Shown: positions 1 through 11,793, counted from the stretch's first letter. The stretch is 64,000 bases of DNA from Azolla caroliniana (GCA_043228905.1 JBHGNT010000018.1:806001-870000), one strand, 5' to 3'. The notes: generated by a model not told the origin, from the letters alone. Made by a program: numbers and translations.

Positions 1-1939
1 ACGCTTTGTATCGGTTGACGGAACCGTCGACATTGTACTTCACTTTGTAAATCCATCTACATCCGATCGTCTTTTTGTGTGGTGAGATAGGAACGAGATC
101 CCACGTCTCGTTCTTGCTTAGTGCCTGCATCTCCTCATTCATGGCTTCGATCCATCACGGATCCTTGGCTGGTTCGGAAAATGTTTCTGGCTCGCGTACT
201 GTCGCCACCTTCATCATCAAGGCATAGTGATATGCCATGTAGTCGTTGAGGCTGAATCAGCTGACCGGATTCTTTTCACGGGTGGAGCGACGGAGCTTTT
301 CATTTGTAGAGATGAGGGCTTTCTTAGCTCCAATTGGTACATCGAAGCCGCCGAACTCACTATCGAGTGAGTGAGTTGACTCATCGTCGTCAGAGCGATC
401 GTCTTCGTATTCCAACATTTTCGCCTTGCCTTTGTCCATCTTCGGACTAGGCCGTGATGTGCTTTGATCGCTTGGGGGCTCTTGTGACCCACTTAGCCTC
501 GTGGTAATTGGGCTATCTTCGAACATGTCTTCGAGGCGATCCCCACCTTCTTGCTCTTGTTCAGCGGATTCCGGCTCGAGTGGAATCAGAGTCGAAATCT
601 TCTCAAGTGCGTACCAGGAGGCGGATTTGTCGAACATGACATCTCAACTTACTCAAACTTTTCGGGTAGATGGGTTGTAGCATTTGTACCCCTTTTGTTT
701 GAGTGAGTATCCTACGAGGATATATTTCTCCGACTTTGGATCTAGCTTTTGCCGCTTTTCGCCGGGTATGTTCACGTATGCTATCGCGCCGAATATCCGG
801 GTGTGCGATAAGTCCGGCTTCTTTCCGAAGTATTTTTCGTGCGGAATGACCTCGTGCACTCTGGATGTTGTGCACCGGTTCATTAGGTAGACGGCCGTAT
901 TTGCAGCTTCGGCCCAATATGACTTGGGCATATGCTTCTCGTTCATCATGGCTCGCGCCACTTCGAGGATGTGCCGATTTTTGCGCTCGGCTACTCCGTT
1001 TTGTTTCAGAGTGTGTCAGCAAGTGAATTCTCGCCGAATTCCTTCCTTTCAGAGATACGCCGTGAAATTGTCCGAGAAGTACTCCTTGCATCCGATCGAA
1101 GGCATCGTACATGGCGACCTGTGGCTTTTTCAACTTCGTTTTTAAACTTTTGGAAGTATCAGAACACTTTGCTCTTTTGCAGCATTGGATAGAGCCATGT
1201 GTGCCTGGAGAAGTTGTCAATGAAGAGCATGTAATAGTGGCATCCGCCGAATGTAGCCGTCTGCACCGGTCCCCATACGTCGGAATGGACTACGTCGAGT
1301 AGACCTTTGCTCACGTTCCGCTCTTTCAGGAATGGGTGTCGGTGTTGTTTGCCGAATTGGCACGCTTTGCATACACCTTCAATCTCCTTCTCTTTGAATG
1401 TCGGGAGTCCGATGACGACTCCTTTCGATTTCATTGCTTTGAGTTTGTTTAGATTGATGTGGCTGATTCGCTTGTGCCATAGCTCTATGTTGGAGTCGGC
1501 TTTCGTGCTTTTTGCGAGCATGGCGGATTTCATCTCGTGTGAATCGAGAATGAACATCCATCCCTCTCTTCTTCCACGCGCGATGATTCGGCCCTCTTTT
1601 TCAATGAAGCACCCTTCTTGGTCGACTCGTACTTGGATCCCTTGCTCAACCATTTGGTTGACCGAGACCAAGTTCTTTGTGATGGTGGGAACATGCAAGA
1701 CATTTTTAATGTATGTTTGCTTACCTCTTTCGCCAAACGGAACATTGCCGATGTGCCGAATCGGGTGCGTAGTGTCATCTCCTATTTCGACATAACCGGG
1801 TCACTCCGGCTCTCGAAGTTCGAGAAACCAATATTTATGAGATGTCATATGGTTTGAGGCTCCGGAGTCAACAAACCATACGTCCTCCAGATTGAGGGCA
1901 CTAGTTGAGGTTGAGGTCGGAGTTGTGTTTGTACATTCC
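1..1939 (-). pseudogene. copia pol remnant (protease, integrase, start of RT) with stops and frameshifts
   Basis: ORFs 1159-1698, 653-961 and 257-637 carry copia motifs; an in-frame TGA interrupts the RT N-terminal DP*WIEAM. Confidence 0.92.
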
Positions 1940-2379
1940 TGTTGTCGTTTAGGAACACGTTCTGTGGGCAGTACTTCGACCTAGACCTCAAGGTGAGTGT
2001 GGAACAACGAACAGGGTTTTGAGCGTAATGCGTAAGGGGAGAACCCATGTAATCCCTCTACGTATAAGGGAAGACGGCTACAACCGAATCCCTATCAAAG
2101 GTTACACTTACGTACTACTACGCTTAAGTATCTGAGACATCGACACTGAATTAGCCGCAACTATACATAGAAAATCAGAGAAGATAGAATTCTATTATCA
2201 GGCGTTCTTTACATTTCCCAATATTACACACACCTCCATAAGAGGTTTTCTGCCCTTTATATATGCATGGTCTAATTAGCCGTTCACGCTTCCTGCGTGA
2301 ACCGTTACATGCGTTATGCTCTTATATAGTTTCTTATTCCTACGCTTTTGTCCGTCGGTTACTATTCCGGCGGACAACA
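1940..2379 (-). repeat. 3' LTR of gypsy element A
   Basis: 440-bp direct repeat of 10172-10611 with about 15 substitutions; TATA-like TATATAAAG on the minus strand. Confidence 0.96.
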
Positions 2380-2381
2380 CT

Positions 2382-2398
2382 TGGCACGCCTGTGGGAC
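2382..2398 (+). promoter_or_regulatory. Inverted PBS-like motif (TGGCACGCCTGTGGGAC) at the PPT position of element A
   Basis: 2 nt from the LTR end; the minus strand reads GTCCCACAGGCGTGCCA, ending in CCA; no purine tract here; same motif in element B. Confidence 0.75.
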
Positions 2399-2499
2399 AG
2401 TGCCTTTGCACATCGGACCCATCCCATTAATCTTCTTCCAAAATGGCCCGGATGTTCGGCTCGGTTGTGGTGTCCTCGTCTGGAGTTGATGTAGGGCCT

Positions 2500-4824
2500 G
2501 TAGGTGCATCGTGGTGCGGTTGCTCTGCTTGGTCGGCTTGGTTTCTCCCGGAGTCGCCTTCGCCGTGTGCGGGTGGTCCGGGTACGGAGGGCTCTTCTTG
2601 AGTTAGGGGAGTGGGCTCTACCGTTGGCGTGCTTGCAGTCGGCTACGGCTCAGCCTCTATTGTTACGTCCTCCGCGGTGTTGGTCGTTTTTGTATGTCCT
2701 TGGGCATGGGGCGTGGGGCGGGGATTCCGCCTGGTCTGCACTATTTTCCGCGCGTTCTGATGATGGTGTGGGCTGGTGCGGCTGGACCTCTTGTTGGGTA
2801 ATGGTTTTGCTGTCTAGTCCTGTGGGGAACTCCGCTCGTTGGTCCCCGTTATTCTCCCCCGTTGTCATCTATGGTGATCGGGCCTGAGGTTCCTCTTCTT
2901 CGGTTGTGACCGGAATTGGTGTCACGCTGGGTTCCTCGTTTGTGCGCGTGTTGCCAGCTTGTGTGATCTGGTGAAATAGCTCCTCCTGACTTTCACCAAA
3001 ATCATCTAAGAGTTGTGCGAGTTCTTCGGAGTGTTGGTCTGCTAGCGCACGATAGTCTTGTGCTAGGTCCTCCTGTACGGTCACAATGCTCTCCTCGTTT
3101 AGTTTATAAAAACCTCGGCCGTCTTTCCGCCGGTTCTCCCAGTCCGCATGATACGCGTGCAATTCCGCTGCTTGGGTTGCCCACACCATCCATCCTTTGT
3201 TCAACGCCGTTTTCAATTACAATGTGAACCTTTCCCAGTTTGTTTGGAGAAGGATGCGCACGTTATCCATGATGGCCTGGCAGCGGTTGCGTGCGTCTTC
3301 CATCGACTTCTGGAGATTTGCGATTTCCTGTTGTTTAACGGCTGTCGCTTCCTCATACGTGGCCTTCAAGCCCGCCCACAGTTGGGATTCCTTTGCATGT
3401 TGTTCTTCTAATTTCCCCATTTCATTGTTTAGGCGGATTTCGAGTTGATGCCTTCTGTCTTGTTCGACCACCAACTGCTCATCGAACCATACCTTCTTTT
3501 TTTCTAATAAGGCCCGAAGTCCCGCTATTGCCGCCTCCGAATTCTTCGCGTCCTCTCGTAATTGGGCGTTTTCGTCTTTTGTCCAGATGTGCTGAGCTAC
3601 CTCCGTAGCTAGTTTCTCTTCAAGAGTTTTTACGGCCTTCCGTCCGTTAGCGTAGTTCTGCTCGAAGGATTGGCGTAGTTCTGCTCGAAGACGGTCAATT
3701 TCGGATTCCGCTAGCTGCACAGCCCTTTTTGCTTTTGAGGCGATGGCGGTCTAAGCCTCGATTTCTTCTTTTAGAGCGTCGATGACGTGGTTCGGTGGCG
3801 GGGTTGCGTGTTGCGCCGTAGTCGCGTGAGCTTCCAACTCCGTGATGCATGCGTTGGCTTTTTGTAGTTCGGTTTCGGTCAGTTTAACCTTCTTCCAGAC
3901 ATTCTTATTTTTTATGGCCATCTCCTTGGCGCCCGTGCTGACCTTTGCTAGTTCCCGATGGACTTCGACTAGGGTCGTGTTTAAGGGTGGTATCTCCATC
4001 CCTACTCGCCGTACCCCGGCGTTCCTCTGTCTGCCGACCTTGGCTAGCCGGTCCTCATCGTCGCTCTCTGTTGTTTGTGTTAGGGCGCGCTCGATAATCT
4101 GACGTTCCGCATGCTCCTTGGCCATTCGTTGGGCGGCTTTGACCTATTGTGTTGCCAAGAACTCCATGAGCTCAAAAGAGGTACTGAACTGCAAGAGGGC
4201 GCTGAATTCGTGGGCCGTATCCGGGATATCGGGATATGCCAAAACCTCGCTTTCCGCCGTCAATACGGCTTTCCCTCGTTGGGACTGGCCGTGGGTTGGT
4301 TGGGTTGCGGTGCTGGCAGGCCTCGGGGTGGAAACAGTATCGTAAGGTATTGTTGGATGATTGGCCTGAGCTTTTTGCCTACTTGGTACACATGCAAGCC
4401 TTCCCTTAACGTCGGCCCCCCAGTCGACTGCACGCCCTTCAAATGTGTCGATAATGATGCCCGCCTTCTGCTTAGGCATCCTGTATGCGTTGACATGGAC
4501 GCAGCTGACTTCCAGTAGGAACTTGGCAACTTCACGGAAGAAGGGATCCGGAATCTGTTTTGTTCTATAGGCCTTGGCGGAGGATGAATATGGTCCAAAA
4601 TACCGTTGCAGCACCTCTGTAGGAGGTATTTCGAAATGTCTTTCGCCTAGTGAGGATAGGTCCAACTTCTTCCGAATGGAAGAGTTGGTGACCGTGTCTA
4701 TGTTAAGCTTCCTGGCGATGTTCATGGCGTCCAGGTGCGGAGGTGCTTTTGCGACCCGAATGTAGCCATCCAAGCGTTTCTCTACGAGCCATCGGTATAG
4801 GGCAGTAGAGATGAAAATCGGCAT
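2500..4824 (-). pseudogene. Extra 3' ORF of element A: globular N-terminal domain plus long coiled coil, ~750 aa, with stops and two compensating frameshifts; 3' end approximate
   Basis: ORF pieces 4144-5016, 3751-4125, 3217-3720, 2869-3216 and 2650-2868 share a frame; probable start MPIFIS at 4824; four peptide blocks match element B. Confidence 0.8.
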
Positions 4825-5155
4825 CGCCAGAGTAGGTTCGTGGGGAGGAGACGGGAGGTTGTGGTGGGTTGGAGCTCTGAGATAGGATGGGGAAGAAGGT
4901 GAGGAGGACAAGCGATGGGAGCGCTGATAGCTAGAAGATGGGTTTCTGCTTTGTGCAAAAAATCTTCTGTTTCCTTCTTTTTGTGGCTTAGGGTTCATTG
5001 GGCGGCGAGCCATCATGGTGTCGCGTGTTCTTGAACTAGGAGTTTGTGCATGCCTTTAGTCGTTTTAATAGTCGCTATCTTCTCTCTCTTTTTTCTTTCT
5101 TTTTTTTTGTAACGGTTATTTACAACCTATTATAGTACAAATGGGGTTGTCCATT

Positions 5156-8100
5156 TTACGTTGCAGGTTCTCCGGCTTTGTCCCGTTCGGCGGTGAATGG
5201 GTTAGGTGGCGTAGGGCCCAGGTAAGGTTTGAGCCGAAACTCGTTCACTTTTTGCCGTACTATTTCTCCAGCCAGCGTTCCTAGTTGGAACGTGCCCTGT
5301 TCCGCTCCAATTATCCAGTATGGGCCAGTCCAGCGGAAACGTAACTTCCCCGGCATATGACCCATGTGCATTTGAAAAACTGGCACCGCTCGACCCACGG
5401 CGAACTCTTTTTCCCTTGCGCTCCGATGTCAATCGACAAACGCTTTACGCCGTCGTTGTTCTTGTTCCAACACAGCCATGCTATGGACGCGTTTTTCCCC
5501 TAGTTCGAGGAGTTGGTAGAGTTGTTCCTTCTCCGACTTGACTTTTGATAATCGGTTCCGTACCTGAATGCGCAAACTAGGTACCCGAAATTCAACTGGC
5601 ACCACAGCCTCTAGTCCAAACTCTAGCCGGAACGGTGTTGACTGTATGCTTGTTTTGTAACTAGTTCTGTACGCCCATAATGCACTCTGGAGTTTGGTAT
5701 CCCAGTCCGTTCTATTTTCATTGACGGTTTTCTTCAAAATGGTCTGTAATGTTTTGTTCGTGGATTTTGCTAATCCATTCGCTTACGGGTAATATGGCGT
5801 GCTCTTCTTGTGGACTACTGTGTAATACTGTGTTAGTTCCCGAACCACCGTATTGAGGAAGTGGCTCCCCTAGTCATTGATGAGCTCAATCGGACAGTCG
5901 AACCGGCACCAAATGTGCTCGTAAAGAAATTTGGTTGTGACGGCCGCCGTATTTTCACGTAGTGCCTTTGCTTCTACCCATTTGGTGCAGTAATCCGTGG
6001 CTACCAATATGTATTTGTTGCCCGTACGGGCCGCTGCTGGTGTGAAGGGCCCTACAAAATCCAATCCCCACTTTTCGAAGGGGTCTAGTAGTAATATGGA
6101 CTGGTGTGGCATCCTTGCGTCCTCCGCGGGCTGACCCATACGTTGGCAAAAATCACACTTTCTACAATACTCAGATGCGTCCTTCTGCGTTGTTGGCCAC
6201 CATAAGCCCGCCTGCCATACTTTGCGGGTTGTCACGTCGCCCGCGTAATGGCCGTCGGTCGTGCCGCAGTGTGCCTCCCGTAAAACTGCTTCCTTCTCAT
6301 CCTGACGGACTCCACGTTGCCAAATGCCGTCACTTCCTTTGTGATATAAATTTCCTTCGACGAGGCAGAAGTGACGGCTTCGGATGGCTAGTCGTTTCTT
6401 CTCGTCCGTGCGTAATTGTGGTGGAGGCAGTCCTGTAGTTAAAAAGTATGTCATTTCCATAAACCATCGGTCCGGAAAGGTGGATTCCATTTTTTCTACA
6501 AGTGTCGCTACTCGCCAGATGTCGGCGTCCGGAAAATTTTCGTCGTCTTTCTGTACAGTTTCTCCATTCTCAAGTCTGCTCAAAAAATCCGCCACTGCGT
6601 GTTGCGTCCCTGGTTGGTGCTGAATTATGAACTCGAATTCCTGGAGCAGCAGCATCCACCGCGCCAATGTCCTTGTTAGGGCTTGTTTCTCCACCAAATA
6701 CAATAATGCCGAATGATCCACGTGGAACGTGAATTTCCGTCCTAATAAATAGTGTTGGAATTTATTGATGCTATAGATCATCCCTAGCGCCTCCCGCTCT
6801 GTTGTGGAATAGTTACGCTCTACTACTGACAATTTACGACTTGCGTAGTATATTGGCCTGTACCAATTTGGTTCGGTGAGTTGCATTAGCGCGCTTCCTA
6901 TTGCTATCTCTGAGGCGTCGACGAACACGTGGAATGGCTTCGCCCAAACTGGAGGTTGTACGACGGGGGCCTATGTGAGCATTATCTTAAGTGCCTCATA
7001 GGCCTTATCCTCTGCTGTAGTCCATTGGAAGGGAGTCCAATGTACGACAGCGTGTAGTGGCGTGGCAAAGTCCGCCAAATACCGTATCATCCGATTATGC
7101 CACCGTATTTGTCCCAAAAATCAGCTAAGTGATTTGGCATTTGTCGGAGTTTTAGCTTTCGTAATCGCGGAGATCTTGTTTGGGTCGACCGTTATTCCTT
7201 CTTTGCTAACTATGTGGCCTAGGAGAGTCCCGCTGGTCACACCAAAGGCACATTTCGCGGGATTCAGGCTTAAGCGTGCAGTGCGGCAACATTCCAGGCA
7301 CAGACGCAAGTGCGAAAAATGGTCTTTTGTTTGCCCATATACCGCAAAATCGTCTAGAAAGACTTGCATGAACGCCAGAATGTATTCCCCAAATATCTCC
7401 GTAATCGTTCATTGAAATGTTGCCGGCGCTATCTTTAGCCCGAATATCATGACGACCGCCACATATACTCCCCAGTCCGTGACAAACGTCGTCTTCTCCT
7501 GGTCCTCGGGGTGCATGCGTACTTGGTTATAGCCACTAAAGCCATCTAAGAAACTGTACATCTCATGGCTTGCGACGGTGTCCAGCACGCTATCGGTGAA
7601 GGGTAAGGGAAATGTGTTTGTAATGGTTACGGCGTTTAATTTTCGGTAATCTACGCATACCCGTATTTTGCCGTTTTTCTTTGGGACAACCACTATCGGG
7701 CTTAGCCATGTCGCTTGTTTAACTGGCCATATGAACCTCGTTGTAGTATATTCTACCGCAGTTGCGATGACATCTATTTCGAACAGTGGAATAATCCGAG
7801 GATGTTCGTCAAGGTACGCTTCCAATTTGGCATCCTCCACCCCAGCCAGCATATTTATGTCTTCCTCGTATAACGGTGTTATACCCTTAGGTTGTGGCGT
7901 GCTGCCTTTCGTAGGTACGCGAACCTTGGTGCGTCCATGCCGGAAACTGATACACTCGTGTTGCCAGCTCTGCTTGATATTTGTTGTCCGAAGCCATGGT
8001 CTGCCCAGAAGCACTGGGTACGCTCCTGGGGCGTCCAAAGCAAGGACGACCGCCGATATGTCGAAGCGGTGTCCGCCCATGATGATGCCTATTTTGCGAA

Positions 8101-10167
8101 TTAACCCCAACGGTCGCATTGAGCGGGTATCTACCATGCGGAGCTAGAATGGACACGCCTCCCATTCGGAAATGCCTAACTGTTCGCAAGTTTTCGCGCT
8201 AATCACATTGACGCCTGAGCCGTCGTCGATTACGCATCCAAGAACTTCCTGTCCGTGCAATATTACTGCAATAGCCGGGTTGTGCTGATCCACCACCGGT
8301 GGTCCATCGCTGACGTCTGTCAGGTTTGTGGCAACACTCGCCCCGGCCATGCCCGCCACTTGTGCTTCCATGGTCTGGCGAAAACGTGGAACTAGCTGTA
8401 GCAGTTTTTCCATAGTTAACGTGATTTCACAGCCTGCTAACACCTGCCAAATGGGGTCCGGCCCCGGTCTTTTGTTCTCTGTTCGCTCCATTGTGTTCGT
8501 GGACTCCTGCCGCATACGTTCTGTATTGGTTCCGTTTGCTTTTTCCACCCAGTCTTGGGCTTGTCATCGTACCTCGTCCTACGCAGCCCAATCCGCCGTT
8601 TTTGTTTGCTGGCGTGTTGTGACTTGTTGCACCTCCGCCGTAATCGTATTGACGGCGGGCCCCTTTCCCTTGCGTGTTGGGCATTGTGTGGCATAGTGTC
8701 TGGGTTGCTGACAAATAAAACAATGGATGCTTGATTCTCCCTTCTCAACCCCAGGTGGTGTGTGCCACTCTCCGGGTGCTACTTGCTCTTCGCGGTCCGG
8801 CCTCGTTTGTCGGAACGTACGTAGTGGTTGTTGTTGGTCCCGTCGTTGTTCCTGGTGCCGCTCATCCCCCGAGCTTTCGTCGTAACGCCGGTGATCCCTA
8901 TATTGCCGAGGCTTACCCCGATAGCCATTGAAGCCGCCCGGTTTGTTTGTCGGGCGTTGATGTTCGTAGCGTCGACCCCCTTTGGCGTAACTCGGATGTC
9001 CACGATAATCCTCGTCCTCTAGGTCATCCTCCTCGGACTCATTGTGATTCCGGCGATTCCGGTTGTACCGGTCCTCCCGCGGGTTGCGATCCTTATACCG
9101 GGGTCGGTCTTCTTGCCTCCTTTGTTCCGCCCGGTGCGGTTGACGTTGTGTGTCCATGTTGCGGACCGCTGGAGTGGCTCTGTTTAACATATTGTACTCG
9201 CATTGGTCGACTGTGTGAACCTTCGAGTGGCAGATTGGGCAATGGATTCGCATATTGCACTCCACCGCGGAATGCCCCGAGTTCAAGCAAATCGTGCACT
9301 AGATTGCTTGACGAAATTGGCGTTCCTCATCCTGAGGTAACGCTTGTCGTAAGGATGACATCGAAAACCTCTCCTCCTCGTCATCCAACTCGAGCTGTAA
9401 CGCTCGTTCAATCACCATATCCGCTCTTTCCCCTTTCACGCTATTGTTGTTGAGCGTTGCCCGAATGGGCCGGCATAACGCTGCCAGAAATGTCTCCCGA
9501 GCCTCCTCCTCCGCGGGGCTTCATTCCAGTTTCCGTCGTAAATTTTGGAAACATAAGTTGAAGTTTGCTATCGTCTCGGTCGGTAGTTGCTTAATTGTAT
9601 AAAATTGCCCGAGAATCTCGCGTTGTGGAACCCTCCGATGGAAGAATCGCAAGAAAGCGGACTGCAGCTGATCGAAGGTTGTTATGGCTAGTAAGTCCAT
9701 CTATGAATGCCAGAACACCGCACGCCCATCTAATGTTAATCCGAACTCCGTCATTTTCAACTGGTGTGCCACCATCTCGGAGAGATTCTGCGCCATGTGG
9801 TTCGCATTCCAAACATTCAGGAACATGCGAATATGAGTTGCGGCGTCGGTTTTGCCGTTAAAGCGGGGGTAGGCAAAGGCCATAGTGGGAGCTACGGCGG
9901 ATCGGAAAAGGTCACAGGGTGGCTGCGGTGAGCGTGGTCCCCGCGTCTCGTCGAGGTATTTGGGGAGCAAAGAATCCCCTTTGCACTCCCGGCAAGTAGT
10001 ACTGAGGTCAGTGATGCGCGGCTTTTGCCGGGAGCGTTCTTCTGCCTGGCGTGTGACGGACCTTGTTATTGGCCGGTCTTGTCTGGTTGGTTCTCTGGGT
10101 CGTCTGCGGCTAAACATCCATTTGTTGTTGCTCATCTGTGAGGAAACACAGATCACCAAGCGTGCCA
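5156..10167 (-). pseudogene. gag-pol of element A, one reading frame broken by in-frame stops; RT N-terminus deleted
   Basis: Gag (YPRFNGKTDAATHIRMF), three CCHC knuckles, protease VIDDGSGVN, RT (VCVDYRKLN, FLDGFSGYNQ, VFLDDF), RNase H (FVDASEIAIG, EREALG), integrase (H2C2, WGLDFVGP) and a WTGPY module; the gag-pol ORF pieces share one frame. Confidence 0.93.
10154..10167 (-). promoter_or_regulatory. Primer-binding site of element A, tRNA-Arg-like (TGGCACGCTTGGTG)
   Basis: Begins with TGG 4 nt downstream of the 5' LTR; resembles the TGGCACGC-type Arg PBS of Tat-group elements. tRNA identity is from recall, not a search. Confidence 0.75.
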
Positions 10168-10171
10168 AAAG

Positions 10172-10611
10172 TGTTGCCATTTAGGAACACGGTCCGTGGT
10201 CAGTCCTTCGACCTAGACCTCAAGGTGAGTGTGGAACAACGAACAGGGTTTTGAGCGTAATGCGTAAGGGGAGAACCCATGTAATCCCTCTACGTATAAG
10301 GGAAGACGGCTACAACCGAATCCCTATCAAAGGTTACACTTACGTACTACTACGCTTAAGTATCCGAGACACTGACACTGAATTAGCCGCAGCTATACAC
10401 AGAAAATCAGAGAAGATAGAATTCTATTATCAAGCGTTCTTTACATTTCCCAATATTACACACACCTCCATAAGAGGTTTTCTGCCCTTTATATATGCAG
10501 GGTCTAATTAGCCGTTCACGCTTCCTACGTGAACTGTTACATGCGTTATGCTCTTATATAGTTTCTTATTCCTACGCTTTTGTCCGTCGGTTACTATTCC
10601 GGCGGACAACA
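10172..10611 (-). repeat. 5' LTR of gypsy element A
   Basis: 440-bp direct repeat of 1940-2379 with TG...CA termini. Confidence 0.96.
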
Positions 10612-11631
10612 ATTCTGCCACGATCTTTGTAGTCGGAGTTGTGCCCGTACATTCCGCTATACTCTTCGTAGTCGGAATTGTGTGCGTAATTCGTGAGTTG
10701 TTGGCTTGTGGAAGCCGATTAGCGCATCTTCTTTCGGCACTCTTCTTCGTGGTGGCCGAACTTTCCGCAATATCCGCATTCGGTTGCGTTTTGACGGCTC
10801 GGGCCGGAGTGGAAGCTCCCCCTTCTTGCGAAGGTTCCTCCTTGGCTTCCATTTTGCGGCCAAAATTGGGAGTTGTTGTCGTAGGTCGGGCCTCGTCCGC
10901 CTTGTCCTTGGCTGAATCGGCCTCTCACTCGTCCACGTCCTCTTCCGCCATTCGAGTGTGTGTAGAGCATGTGGCCTTCCGACTCATTGCTCCTTGTACA
11001 CACGTGGTTTTCTTCAACCAATAGCATTGATTAGAGCTCAATGAAAGAGGGAGATTTCCCCCGTGCTAGAACGGTGGTTCACATCGCGCCGAACCGTGGT
11101 ACGAGGTCACCGAGGCATATTTGCACCATCTCATCATCATCAATATTTACGCTTATCGAGCCGAGCGAATCCCAAAGCTCCTTAATCTTCGAGGTGTATG
11201 TCGTGATGGACATGTCCCTTTGTTTAATGTTGTTCAACTCTTGGCGGAGTTGAAGCCTTCTTGCAGTTTTGTTCGCCGCGAAAATCTTTCGTAGATTTTC
11301 CCATGCCTCCTTTGGTGTCTTGGCTTCGCGAATGTAGCCGAGCATGTGATCGTGAACACATGTCGCCAAGCAATACATCACACGGCTTGCGGCTTGCGGC
11401 TTGCTCCCATGTAGCGTATCCGGGAGCCACTTCGGTAGGTCAGTCTTCATGCTCTCCTTTGATATAGCTCCAATAGCCTTGTCCGACAAGGTATTGGTGT
11501 ATCTTGTACTCCCAAGATGCAAAGTTGTTTCTTGTACTCCCAAGATGCAAAGTTGTTTCTTGTACTCCCAAGGTATTGGTGCATCTTGTACTCCCAAGAT
11601 CCAACTTCTTGGTAGGGAGAGCACTCCCCAT
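10612..11631 (-). pseudogene. copia gag remnant with zinc knuckle
   Basis: NNFASWEYKIHQYLVGQGYWSYI, KTPKEAWENLRKIF, RGG-rich linker, CGYCGKFGHHEEEC; frameshifted. Confidence 0.9.
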
Positions 11632-11781
11632 TTGAGTATTCATTATGTCGATTCTTCTTCTTCTTCTTCTCTCTTCGAAGGCGAGCTATGTAGCGAGGCT
11701 ACGATAGTGATGAGCCGGTTCTTTTTTAACGTCGGCGTAGAGCTCAACACACGCGGATGGGCTAGATGGAGCTACCAAATC

Positions 11782-11793
11782 GCTCTGATACCA
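11782..11793 (-). promoter_or_regulatory. copia primer-binding site (initiator tRNA-Met)
   Basis: TGGTATCAGAGC directly abuts the LTR end. Confidence 0.95.

Larger units (their letters stand above)
1940..10611 (-). mobile_element. Ty3/gypsy non-chromovirus LTR retrotransposon (element A) nested in the copia, with an extra 3' ORF
   Basis: Direct 440-bp LTRs with TGTTG...CAACA ends; TSD ATTCC (1935-1939) / ATTCT (10612-10616); order gag-PR-RT-RH-INT; no chromodomain seen. Confidence 0.97.

Noticed and set aside
2276-2509. ORFs 2276-2509 and 10508-10852 sharing a C-terminus
   Set aside because: Both simply read into the LTR copies.
2504-10184. Many plus-strand ORFs across element A
   Set aside because: Antisense shadows of GC-rich coding DNA with no motifs.
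1940-10611. Idea that element A is transcribed antisense to gag-pol, with the plus-strand PBS as the only one
   Set aside because: TATA boxes of both elements are in the coding orientation, and the other end has a PBS rather than a PPT.
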